Assembly (NCBI GenBank): GCA_016906335.1
Contig: JADEYG010000002.1
Coordinates: forward strand, 1,054,001 to 1,118,000
Origin: Novakomyces olei
Taxonomy: Eukaryota
Reading direction: 5' to 3'
DNA length: 64,000 bases
Shown here piece after piece: positions 33,449 through 44,699 of the stretch. The notes beneath the pieces are model-generated. The model was not told the DNA's origin. It did not search any database and saw only the letters and a program-made list of their open reading frames with translations. A program made the position numbers and the translations under genes. Positions within the stretch are counted from its first letter, which is position 1, and each line of letters begins with the position of its first letter.

Positions 33449-34443
33449 TCATGTACTTTCTTGCTTGGCACATTTCCATTCGTAAACGACTGCTTTGGAA
33501 AAGGCGCTTGGCAATTCTTGGACACATGTCCCTTCTCGTAGCACCGATAGCAGGTAACGTCCTTGCTCTGGTTTGGCTTCGAACTGCGCTCCATAGCGCC
33601 ATACTTAACGCCATAGTTTCTTGTATCAGTTTGTTGCGGGCGCGAGTATCGGCGTTTGGTAGCGTCATAATTAACGCTTGTCTCTTCGTCATCAATCCGT
33701 CTTGTCATCAGATTGTCAATCTCCATCGGTGTACTTCCACAATGCAGAGGTCTTGCATACTCCCTTTCACTGTAACTAAATCGCTGTCTAGCCTTGTTTC
33801 TCTCGAACAAACGGCCATCGATCTTCACACATTCATCAATCAAGGTGCCCAAAAGTTCAGGCATTTCTCTCCTTGACAACTCATCTTTGATATTCTCTTT
33901 CAACCCATCGTAGAACTGAGCAACTAATGCATCATTGTTCCAGGTTAGCCAAGATTTCAATCTTTCAAACTCAGTCGCATACTGAGATACAGATCCTCTC
34001 TGTCTCAAGAGACGGATACTTCGCTCTGCTGTTCGTTTGACGTCCCGGTCTCCGAACATCCTCTCGAGCGTGTCACAAAAACAATCAAAATCGTCGAGAA
34101 TAACTTCATTTTCGTTTCTCACATGAGGCTCAAACCATCTGAAAGCCGCTCCGCGAAGGTAAGACGCCGCAAACATCACTTGCTGTCGCGCCGAGCGATA
34201 GCGATCTGGTTGACTGCCAATAATCATCCTCACGCAGGTCAAAAATTCACCAGTTTTCGAGCGTTCGCCGGAAAAGAATGGTGGTGGTGCCATTTTAGGC
34301 TCCTTCGACCCTCGTTCCTGCACGGTTCCCTTAGCGATACCGAGTTGGTCAGCGAGAGTGCGGTTCTCTTTCTCCAGCCGTTCCAAACGCGCTGTGGTTT
34401 GCTCAAGAAACCTATTCAACTGCTCAAAATCCGCTGCCGACAT
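33430..34443 (-). CDS. Element A' Gag
   Basis: Identical translation to 17798-18811. Confidence 0.95.
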   Translation of the reverse strand: MSAADFEQLNRFLEQTTARLERLEKENRTLADQLGIAKGTVQERGSKEPKMAPPPFFSGERSKTGEFLTCVRMIIGSQPDRYRSARQQVMFAASYLRGAAFRWFEPHVRNENEVILDDFDCFCDTLERMFGDRDVKRTAERSIRLLRQRGSVSQYATEFERLKSWLTWNNDALVAQFYDGLKENIKDELSRREMPELLGTLIDECVKIDGRLFERNKARQRFSYSEREYARPLHCGSTPMEIDNLMTRRIDDEETSVNYDATKRRYSRPQQTDTRNYGVKYGAMERSSKPNQSKDVTCYRCYEKGHVSKNCQAPFPKQSFTNGNVPSKKVHDLKDRT

Positions 34444-34873
34444 CGTTGTATCCTCGAATCAGAATCGTGGACGTGTAATACTGTTATGGGGGCTTTACTT
34501 CCAAAAAGTCGTAAAGGTGCAATAAGGTGAATATGCCAGATCTCACGCTGGCTCTGTTGAGGATACGTGGAAAGTAGGGAACCTAGTAATAGAAAACCAA
34601 AATATTGCACACCAAGATTTGATTACACGTAGCGAACATAAGAGGGGAGTGTCCCATTCTTATGACGCTCCGTGGGGCTTTGCCCGAGAAACTAATCAAA
34701 CTAAACTAATTAAACTAACTAAGTTGCTATCTAAAAATAGAAGCTAAGAGTTATAAATAGAACTAATTAAAAATAGAAGTCGTAACACAAAATAAAGTGA
34801 AACAAAACAAATTAAAGGATGTAAAAGCGCTATCTTCAGCGCTAGCTAGCGCCTCATATAGCGCACCGTAACA

Positions 34874-36627
34874 AAGACGGTATAATACATCTCCAATACG
34901 ATGATCGAATCTGCCTACCAACAGATTTCACCAACATCATAATAAGAGAATCACATGACACCTACCAAGGAGGGCATGGAGGTATAAAGAAAACAATAGC
35001 AGGCGTAGGCCGCAAATACTACTGGCCAGGCATGGCAAAAGAAATAAATGAATATGTCAGATCATGTGAAACGTGCGCTAAAAGCAAAATAATACCTCAA
35101 AAGCCAATGGGACTATTGCAAGAACTCGATATACCGAGTAATCGATGGCAAACAATAGGCATGGACTTTATCACTGGACTACCAGCTTCGGGGACTCGAA
35201 AGTTTGATGCTATAATTTGCATAGTTGATCGTCTAACCAAAAGAGCTCATTTCTGGCCCACGCACACAACTATAACAGCACAAGGAACTGCACAGCTATT
35301 TCTGGAAAGATATTTCTGTCTACACGGCTTACCAACTGCAATAATAAGTGACAGAGATGTAAGATTTATGTCTGAATTTTGGCAGACACTTACAAAAACT
35401 CTTCAAATCAAACTGAAGCCATCATCAAGCTATCACCCACAGTCCAACGGTCAAACCGAACGCACAAATCGTGTATTGGAAGACTATCTTCGTCTTTTCA
35501 TTTATGCCAATAAAAAGAACTTCAGCTGGCACACATTATTATCGTTTGCCGAATTCTTTTACTCTTCAAGCCAACACTCCGCCATATCAATGACACCCTT
35601 TGAGGCGGATCTTGGCTACATTCCACGTAGTCTTACTGACTTATCAATGCCCGAAACACCGAACAAAGATACTTCCTCTTTTATAAACACTCTGGAGGCC
35701 AACAAAATTCTTTGTCAAGATGCTATCAGAACAGCACATGATTTATCAAAAATCTATGCGGATAAAAAGCGAATAAATGTTGAATATAATGTTAATGACC
35801 TGGCTTATTTAAGCACAGCCAACATACGAGAAATACCGGAGCTATTCCACGATGTTCTCACACGAAAATTACAATCAAAATACATTGGTCCATTCAAAAT
35901 TATTCAAAAAATCAGTCCTGTTTCATATGAATTGGAACTACCAACATCAATAAAATATCATCCCGTTGTTCACATTTCTCAATTAAAGAAACATCATCCA
36001 ATGAACAGTCACAACACCAGAGAACAACCTAAGCCTAAAGCTCTGCGACGCTACAAAGACAACACAGAATTATATTGATCCAACAAATCGTTGACCATGG
36101 ATGGTTCAAAGGGTCTAAAAAATCCAATACACCGAAACAGGGGTATAAGCTATTATACCGAATCCGCTGGGAAGGCTATGGACCTGAAGACGATACATGG
36201 GAACCTAAATCTCACTTGGCTAACTCAACCAACCTGCTGAACAACTACAATTCGACACATCTCGAATTAGTGGGGGAGGATGTTAGGCCATAGTGTAGAT
36301 AGTAAAATTTAAATTTAAAATGACATAATTAAATTAAATTAATTCACTCCAAATACGGAATTTAACCGATTTGGAGGAATATTTAATTACTAATCATTAA
36401 ATCACGCCACTGATCGGGTATCTGTAACCTATCAATGATAAGGTGATTACTAATTGATCGGTTACTTCTGATCCTATCTGATTACTAATTGATAGGAAAG
36501 TCTTGATCCTATCTCTGAGATAAGAGCTGAGCCTTGAAGTCTATAAAAGGACAAGGTTTTCCATAGTTTAAGAGTAGATTCAATTAATCTAAAGAGTTAT
36601 AACAGTGAGTTACTTCCAGTTATAACA
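34874..36627 (+). mobile_element. Chromovirus B, 3' part (integrase, chromodomain, PPT, 3' LTR 36281-36627)
   Basis: HD..GGH..CETC, GMDFITGLP, ISDRD, NGQTERTN, YIGPF, YRIRWEGYGPEDDTWEP, and PPT GGGGGAGGA. Confidence 0.93.
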
Positions 36628-36724
36628 GCTATCGCTATGAAATACTATATAAAACTATATAGTCCTTATCCTTAAGTAATGCAGCATTCGCTGTCTTACT
36701 TAAGGCCATGTCACACTCGTGACA
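36628..36724 (-). mobile_element. Solo LTR C, smaller piece
   Basis: Begins TGTCAC on the minus strand directly after copia gag codons ..GCC AAC T; bounded by TSD GCTAT. Confidence 0.8.
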
Positions 36725-37496
36725 AGTTGGCTCCTTTGGCGACTAATGCCAATTCGGAGTCTGCAACCCGGCCACGACTGTGATTTAGAAAGCGTTCTAT
36801 TATCACGTCAAGGTCTAGTGGGTTCTTTACGTCGTAGGTGTCTTTTTGTATTTGGACAAACTGACTATACTCCATTTCTATACCAGTAAGGAAAGTATAA
36901 ATTTGTGTATATCTTCCGACCTTTTCCCCTGCAGACTCAAAGGTTTCTAGGCGGTCGACGAACTTACGGCAGTACTCCTCTGGAGTTCTAGCCTGTTCAC
37001 TGGGGAGTCTCAGGCTGAAGAAATTTTGGTAGCAAGTACCGACGTAGGAGAAACCTGCCTGCGCATATTCCCTTTTCAAAAGTCTCCAAACTTCCTTGGG
37101 ACTTGTAAGTCTTTTCACACGTCTGTTGATTTCAACAGATATATTACTCAAGATGTAGCTTAGAGCTAGGGAGCAGTTGCGCTTCCAGGTGGCTAGCTCA
37201 TCGCTTACATCCTCGTAATCGTCGTCGGAGAGGATAGACGCCGTGTCGTCCTCGATCTCGGCCGTCTTTTCGTCCTTCACTTCCTTGACTTTCTTCTCTG
37301 GCTCCTTAATTCGGCCAGAGACGTAACCAAACAAGCCAAGCCCATTGAGATGGGCCTTCATGTTCTGCGCCCATATATCGTAGTTTTCAGAGCCTCGGAG
37401 CTTCTGAAAAGAGATTTTCGTAGGGGCTGTTTGAGCAGAGTAGCTGCTATTTCCTTGAGGCTGAGCAGGCATATTCAGTGGTGCGTCTGTTTCCAT
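36725..37496 (-). CDS. Copia gag, N-terminal part (interrupted by solo LTR C)
   Basis: KLRGSENYDIWAQNMKAHLNGLGLFGYVSG and SPKEVWRLLKREY, typical of copia gag; ATG 113 nt after the 5' LTR. Confidence 0.9.
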
Positions 37497-37598
37497 TATG
37501 ACAGGATTGTCAGGTGATAAGGGAGAACAGAATTAATTAAACGATAGTGCTTTTTGGATAGCAAAAAATTTTTGTTGGCTCTGAAGGCTAACGATCCA

Positions 37599-37609
37599 GG
37601 CTCATAACC
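37599..37609 (-). promoter_or_regulatory. Copia primer binding site, complementary to the initiator tRNA-Met anticodon arm
   Basis: GGTTATGAGCC directly after the 5' LTR. Confidence 0.8.
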
Positions 37610-37763
37610 TGTTGAACTTTTGTGTTAAATTTACTAATTCTAGCTACAACCTATATAAATAATTGTATGTGAGTATAGGCTTCATAAGCAATAGTGTGTA
37701 TAAGTTGCATAAATAATAATTAGGTTTGGCCCATATTTAGATGTATTTCAACATATTCCAACA
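37610..37763 (-). repeat. Copia 5' LTR (154 bp)
   Basis: Matches 14009-14162. Confidence 0.95.
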
Positions 37764-37915
37764 TAATTTATATAACTTATATATAATACAAAAAATATAA
37801 ACAAAAATATAGCCATCCACAATATTTAGGGTTGATATTGTTTAATTATATAACGTTGTGTTTATATAGTAAATATACTGAACCTGGCAAATCACGAATC
37901 AAATGCCTACAACCA

Positions 37916-40019
37916 ATGGATGTTAAAGGCTGTCCGCCTCCGTCCCCTGATTCGATCGCGGACCTTCACTATGCAAAGTTTTTGAGTCGACTGCCTGGAG
38001 CAAATGATTATGTCACGTGCAGTGTCTTTGACTTTTTCGAGAAAAACATAGCAAAGCCGGCCACTGAGCTGTGCGAGTTTTATGTCTCTGGGTGCCGGCA
38101 GCTGAGCTGCTTGCTTTGTACGTCCCTTTAGCGCTTGTGCTTTACTAACGACAGGTCCATCGGATAGTTTGGTTTTGTATCGCCTCGTCAGTGTAGACTA
38201 CGATAATGAGGAGACATTTTGCCAAAGTTTACGTGTCACCGTAAGCGCGTCCAACGAGACTATCTGTTTTCGTATCCGATCATTGTGTCCCGAGTACAAA
38301 GATATGATGCAGATGGCTATTCTCAAGTCACGTCTACTTTTGTTCATTAATATGCTGTACAATAGAAAACTAAATTTCGACAAGTGGAGACGCTCCGAGA
38401 TGATTCGGATCATGCATTCAGTTTTCAAGCGACAGGATATACGCGAATGGACTCTGCTGACTCTTTGCGATATGAATATTGAGTTTATTGTTAAACGCGT
38501 ATCGTATCGACGGTTGCGGGGCAGTCGCCCAAAGTCAGAACGGTTTCTTTACAATTTGACCAGGTCTTGCGAAGATCTTTTGGAAAGCTCCATCAGTGCG
38601 TGGCGGCGAGAACTAGAATTGCGGCCCTTTGATCCAAGCCATCGGATTGAGTTTACTAACCGTATACCTGAGCCGGTAGACGCAAATGTGGATAAGGTGG
38701 ACCGGCGCGTGTTTGTAGCTCTCAACGCGCAAGGCCGAAGAGTGTACGAAGGGCTTCATCGTGCTTTAGAGCACTTTGCGTCCCCGAAGGTTATGTTTGA
38801 TAGTGTACAGGCTGCTATTGGCATTGCACCGTTGTTAAATTGCTCATCGTTCGAGGCGTATTTGCAAGTCTTTATGCATGCAGAAGCCTTATTGTATCGC
38901 ATGTCAGACGAACGTAGTTGGAGAGAGACACAAATTTATTCCGACCTCGTGATGTCGGTCTCTTCGTTCAGCTCCAAGTTTGTCAAGCACATGGTTAAAT
39001 CGGGATCAGATGCAGCGAGTTTTGGGGATAGCGTCACTGCCGTTGCGGGTGAAGCCCGTGCTGCAAGTACAGCTCTACATGAGCACTTTAAATTCGATAC
39101 AATCGAGAATTTTGCAGGACATTTGCGATGGGTATTTAGGCACGCGCCGAGTGAAGAAGTTGTACAGGCCAAAGGTATAGTTTGGCTGGAATATATCATG
39201 ATCGCAATTATGGACACAGTCCGGCTAATCGCGCCACAACCACGTATCTTGGGGCCTTTAAAATTTATTGAAGAAATGCTCCCCTACGCTAAAGCCTTGG
39301 CTCACGATGCGAGTGTCTATCAACAGATCCCCTTTAATGACGAACTGCCTTTAGACATGTGTATAAGGCTGGCTGACGAATTGGAGTATGCATCTCTATT
39401 AATTAGAGAAGGCAAACAGTTTGCCATTACTATGGATCAAGCAGAGATTGATTTCGGTAGTTTGAGCGACGATCAACTACTAAAGCTTTCCGATTCAAAT
39501 AGTACTGCTAATACTTCAGAGCCAAAGAGCGTCAAGTCTAGCTCTTCGACTATGGCCAAGAAAGAACGGGTATTCAAACCCCTCCCGGAGAACAATGGCA
39601 GCGAAAAGCTTCCTGGCTCAGTTTTACGAAGCGTCCCTATGAAAAAGCGCGAGCCTTCAAGATCGTATGGCAAAAGCACTATTAAACGTACTCGATATCG
39701 AAGTAAGATTGAAACCAATTCTTATGCGAAAAACAAAGTACGAGCCGGTAATGGTACACCGACATTGGTACGGGGGTTTGTTAATGCTTACACGACACAG
39801 TCGTTCACTGGTATATGGAAATGCCCGTACGAGGAGTGTGGAATTTGTATAAATAAGGCTGATTACAAACTCAAAGGCCGCAAACATTTGTTAGAGCATG
39901 TACTTCCGTTAGAAGAGAAAGAAAAGGGAAATCAGGAAGACGGCGACGTACGCAAACTTGTAGATGTGTTGGAAACTCTCGCGAAAAGTATGACTCGCAA
40001 GACATTAAGTGGGCCCTAA
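37916..40019 (+). CDS. Hypothetical protein (about 690 aa) with a C-terminal C2H2-like motif, 2 exons
   Basis: Predicted 37-nt intron 38118-38154 (GTACGT..ACTAAC..CAG) joins the ORFs in frame. WKCPYEEC..KHLLEH near the C-terminus. Confidence 0.65.
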
Positions 40020-40411
40020 GAGGAAGAGTTCTTACAAAACTTTGAGATGATGATAAACGAATCGTGATTGTAATGTATAAAACATTTATTATTTCCCACC
40101 ATGTGCCTAGAAATACTAAAAACCAGAATGAATAAATTTAGATTTATTTTAGAAACAATAAAAATGAAAGCAGGTGAAAATTGAAGCATTTTAAAAAAAT
40201 AACAAAAAATAAAAAGAAACGAAAAAGAGTGACCTGCCAAACAAAAAAAAACCAAAAATTTCTGTTTAGAATAAATATACAGGTGACATGTAAGTGGAAG
40301 AAACCAACGTCAAGATTCAAGAAGTTGTACAAACTCGGATCACATGCAAATCGTTGAATAATATCACTCTCAATAAAATAAAACAAAATAAAAGAAAAGC
40401 CATAAACATTT

Positions 40412-40966
40412 TCAAGCGCAGCTCTGCATCATTGTAGACAGTACCCCCATCAGCTGCTCATTCTCACACGCAGCAGCGACACGTTCTTTATCATTAAGCT
40501 GCTTGTTCACCTGTGTTTCGCTTTGGTGAGTGCCTTCTTTTATGCGTATTTCCACACGAAATCGAGGAGGTAAGCAGCGTTGTAAACGTACCCGGATGCA
40601 GAGCCCGATGAGCGTCGCCATAGAACAGTGAGGAATCGTGGGTGTGATATCCACATGCACGCGTGATAGTTTTGGTGAGTCTGCGCCAAAATCAGTGACA
40701 GTTATATCCTCCAAATTCACGACTGAAAGTTGTGCCAAATTTAGCGGATGCTCTGGATCCGTTATATTGTATAGTAATTCGTAGACCTCTTGAGCATCTA
40801 TGGTTTCACGCTCGCGCTCTTTAGAAGTGCCATAAAACGCCATAGAATAATCATCGTCCTCCGCGCCTTCCAAGCTTATAAAAGGATCAGCTTCAGGATC
40901 GCGCTGCGGACGCTGCGAGATATCTTTAACCGTCGGGTTGGCGTTCTGAAGCTCTTGAATATCCAT
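40412..40966 (-). CDS. CIA2: Cytosolic Fe-S assembly component Cia2 / MIP18 (FAM96B) family
   Basis: ITDPEHPLNLAQLSVV, TPTIPHCSMATLIGLCIRVRL, NKQLNDKERVAAACEN. Confidence 0.95.
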   Translation of the reverse strand: MDIQELQNANPTVKDISQRPQRDPEADPFISLEGAEDDDYSMAFYGTSKERERETIDAQEVYELLYNITDPEHPLNLAQLSVVNLEDITVTDFGADSPKLSRVHVDITPTIPHCSMATLIGLCIRVRLQRCLPPRFRVEIRIKEGTHQSETQVNKQLNDKERVAAACENEQLMGVLSTMMQSCA

Positions 40967-41135
40967 ATCTCTGGTGTCAAAAGATTCTTGTTGGCAATTT
41001 GTAATTTGAGATTCTATTTAATTTGTGGTTCTCGTGTAATTTAAATTACATAATCCACAGATCGTATAATATACAGTAATTCTTAAACCTGCGCACAAAT
41101 AATTTTGACCCTTTTCAAAATCTTTTACCGTATAA

Positions 41136-41150
41136 CCCTAACTAACCCTA
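41136..41150 (-). promoter_or_regulatory. Telomere-like TAGGGTTAGTTAGGG motif upstream of CIA2
   Basis: Exact 15-mer also found at 56320 and 58495. Confidence 0.5.
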
Positions 41151-41647
41151 CTGAAGTTCCTGAACAAACAAATAAAGTGCTCTGTCGGGGTTCGAGCTAT
41201 TGGCAGCAACAATATTAGTTTTGCGTTTAGTGTATCGCAAACAAGTTAGTATATTTGTGACTGCTTGCTAATGCAAATGCATAATTTACCAAAATCAAAT
41301 TCTTTTGTTGATGCTGCACGACAAGATGTCGAATTAAGATCTACGATGATCTTTTTATTTGCCATATATGTTAAATCAACAGTGACAACAAAACTTATAC
41401 GGCGAATGGTTGTAAAACCCAAAAGCAATGTTGCAAGGTTAAAGTAGCGTTTCATTATGTGTTCATTTAATATTACTAGAAGAACACCAACTGGATTTAG
41501 CTTCGGTTATCATACAAGAGACTTTAATTTTGTCCAACTATTCATGCCAATGAGCTTTAAACAGCTAATATCCTACACATTGAACTGAACTTTGCATTCG
41601 TTTTAGCGTTTTCGTTTCCAAAAAGCTACTTATCACGCACGACACTG

Positions 41648-43046
41648 TTAACGAATCGTAGCGCCAGTGAGTGATGTCGTAAGGAATGGACCGACAGCAT
41701 TATTGCCCTTGATGCTCAATTTGTGGAAAGCGCCTTCACTATCTTTCCATCCCACTACTTTGTCCTGCGTAGAGGTGAGTCCGGGTTGCAACTGCTCCCA
41801 TAACTTCTTCTTTGGCTGCAAAACAGGCTCCGGGTCAAGCGTGCCATACCCTTCTGCTACGACACGGTCCCCAGCTTTTGCACCCTCTGGTGGCAAGACA
41901 AATTCCACGATTCCATGCTCTTCGTCACTTGCGCAAAGTACCATGGCTTCAGACTTTATACCGCGCATATTTGCAGGTTTTAGATTACCCAAAATAACGA
42001 CATAGCGCTTTTGCATATCATCAAGTGGCACGTACTTGACAAGACCAGACACAACCGTGCGCGGCTTTTCCTCGCCACATTCTATTGTGGATACATAGAG
42101 GGAATCGGCGTCTGGATGCTTTATAGCCTTTTCAATAAAGCCAATACGTAAATCAAGCACAGACGGATCCAAAGACCGCTCGACTTTTTCCTCCTTTTTG
42201 GGCTGCTCTTTCTTCTTTTTGTCCTTTTTGTCCTTTTTGTTGCTATCGTTCTTGCCCGCTGCTGATGGTTCAGAGACGGCGGATTTGTCATCTTTTGCAG
42301 ATTGTTTGGAGTCGGGCTTCGATTGAACTTTTGCTGGTGAGCTGCGATCGATATTGGGGGCGTCTTGAGGGACTGCAATCTTCTCAAAACCCAATTGGCT
42401 CATGACTTTTGCTATTCTCGTTTGGTTCTGCAAGAAATCAAACCATCTTGACACATTACCGTATTTGAAAAACTGCTGCTTATTCTGAGCCCAGCCCGAC
42501 TTTTGAGTTAGAATTTCATCGAGTGAGCAACAGTCAACTTACCAGAATGTGGTAAAATTTTGGTATCAAGTAAACGTCGGCCACACTTGGGTCCGTTGCA
42601 TAGACCAAAAAAGCGTTCTGTAAAAGCGCTTTATTTGTCAACTAAAAAAGCGTTAGTCAATACCCATAGTAAAAGACTTTATCTCTTTTTTTTTTTGGGC
42701 TCTTTCTACGACTCCTTTTAGCCCTTTTACTTTCCATTTATTTCTTCTACTCCATATCTCAACATACGTCCAATAGATCATTGTCTGATTCTGTAATGGC
42801 AAGAGATAGCCACTGCTGCAATTGCGCGTCCTCGATTGGACTGCTCTGGGCCCTTTCCTTGCTAGCGACGTCCGCAACGTACTCGGCAATACTTTTGCTG
42901 CCTTTCACGGTATCACCAGAACTCAAGGTAAGAGATGAGAACTCGTCCGCTGTTTGATCTACCGAAATATCTTGTGGCGCATAATACGACGAGACAAAGA
43001 ACAGACCGTAATCACCTTTTGCTACTGCGAGTTTTGCTGTCGCCAT
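41648..43046 (-). CDS. ARC1: Aminoacyl-tRNA synthetase cofactor Arc1 (GST-like N-terminus + EMAPII tRNA-binding domain), multi-exon
   Basis: SRWFDFLQ, lysine-rich linker, LDLRIGFI..HPDADSLYVS..PRTVVSGLV..NLKPANMRGIKSEAMVLCA. Confidence 0.9.
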
Positions 43047-43572
43047 TGTACAATTGTTCTTCCCCTCCTTTTCGTATTTGACGTTCAAGTTTACGCTATA
43101 TAGCAATATAATTTGAGCAAGCAAAAAGATACTTATTTGTGATTTCTCTTTACGGGGTACATCATTGATGTGTAAAAATGGAGAGCAATATTGTAAATAC
43201 AGAGATCAATGTAAGTTTGGGATTACGATTTTGTTTTTAGAATGAACAAAGCTACCGCAACGCAAGGCACAGCGCGAAGCAAGCCTCACGAACAAACAGC
43301 CTACATTGCTTAATAGATACTGTATCGCAAGATGTTACAATATCGAGATGTAACAATCTCCAAATTATATACATGCACTAGACTTTAACTGTACAATGGA
43401 TTGCCGTAGAAATTGCGTGTGCCAAACTAACGTGTGCACTGGGCACGCGCTACATGACGCAACACACATCAAAGCGGTTCTACTTGCATTGAGATTCTCC
43501 CTGTATTGCCTGTAACTGCATCACACGTCAGTGCCACAGGGCAGATGAGGCAAGATCAAACTTATATTTCAC

Positions 43573-44215
43573 TCACTGCTCGTTTGCAACTAAACTTACA
43601 ATAAGACTAGCAATTAGCGAGCAGCAAAGACAGAAAGAAAGCAAAAGTGAGTAATTCATACCAGTAGAGATAATAAAAGAACATTAGAAAGAAAAATGCC
43701 AGCTTTGCGTAAAGCTCTCGCTGCTGTTTCCCCAGCGTGCGAAATATCTCTGTAGTATCGAGCACGTGCGTGCGATGATAAAATTTGTATGCGTTCCAAA
43801 CAGCAGTCGGTAAATTCAACAACATCGAAAGCCAATACCCATTGATCAGAAATAAAAAGCTGTACAGTTTAGCATAGAAGGCAATGCTTTCCTCACGTTA
43901 TGGTAAATTGGACTGCCATGTCGGGTACTATCCAGTAGTTTAAACGACTGCACAAATCAATGGGGTTGATGTAGTCCATCTCTAAATCCGAAAACCTAGG
44001 TTGCCGTTAGTCTGTCAACATTGAACAGAGCGCTTTTTCACGCGGGACTCACATAATCAGAAAGTAGATCGAAGCTATCAAATTGAACTAGAAAATTTGA
44101 GAATACTGACTGGAGAATTGAATACATACGCCATTGAGAACGGTGGTAACACCGTACAAAGCCGCAGCTCCCACTGTTTCTGTTAGTGTTTTAATGTGCA
44201 CATGTTCGCCTTACT
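43573..44215 (-). CDS. ERV14: Cornichon-family ER cargo receptor, 6 exons predicted
   Basis: Spliced translation MGAAALYG..FSDLEMDYINPIDLCSRLN..FLINGYW..LNLP..LDTTEIFRTL..KLAFFFLMFFYYLY. Confidence 0.9.
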
Positions 44216-44699
44216 TTTCTAGGGCTTGGCGTTCCAATTTCGCGTTCACCTTGAATTTAAAGGCTTTTAAAAATTCATTACTGGTCTCAAGCGTATCGGC
44301 CTACACTTCTTCACGGGCAGTTTGCGCTCGCTTTTGTGCAATATTGCCAATTGCTGGATAATCACGAGACAGAGCAATGAGAAAACCCTGCTCAACCAAT
44401 CTACGTAATGCTCTATATGTTGATGAAAAATATTATATTATGATAATGATATTTAGGTTAATTGAACATTGGCTTCAACATGATGAATCTGATACAACAA
44501 AAGCAAAGACGTCCCGCTAAGGGGTTCAAAGCATGAAAAGTACAATTGAATCATTCATGTTAACCATCGCTGTGCTTGTACGCAAACCAATAGCTGAAAT
44601 TTAAATATTTAAACACACGGAATACGTATATATTATATACACACACACGCTTGCAGAGTAAACCTTTTTTTTCCCCCTTCGGATGTAGTAGAGCAAGTT

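Larger units (their letters stand above)
28411..34873 (-). mobile_element. Ty3/gypsy chromovirus A', second copy (6463 bp), with three 1-bp deletions in pol
   Basis: LTRs at 28411-28802 and 34482-34873. Gag and ORF3 proteins are identical to copy A; pol is split into several ORFs. Confidence 0.96.
14009..37763 (-). mobile_element. Ty1/copia LTR retrotransposon, host of the nest
   Basis: 154-bp LTRs (TGTTG..CAACA) at 14009-14162 and 37610-37763 that look identical, TSD TAATT (14004-14008, 37764-37768), PPT GGGAGGGTG, PBS GGTTATGAGCC, and domain order PR-IN-RT-RH. Confidence 0.97.

Noticed and set aside
17368-34873. A single giant element with 6.5-kb terminal inverted repeats
   Set aside because: The outer flanks (CACTG, AAGAC) do not match each other. 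Two independent insertions plus an inversion explain all TSDs.
9795-40966. NFS1 and CIA2 as an Fe-S biogenesis gene cluster
   Set aside because: About 5 kb apart without the nest, with unrelated ORFs between them; chance proximity cannot be excluded.
41178-41210. GGTTCGAG B-box/tRNA-like motif
   Set aside because: No cloverleaf or A-box could be built.
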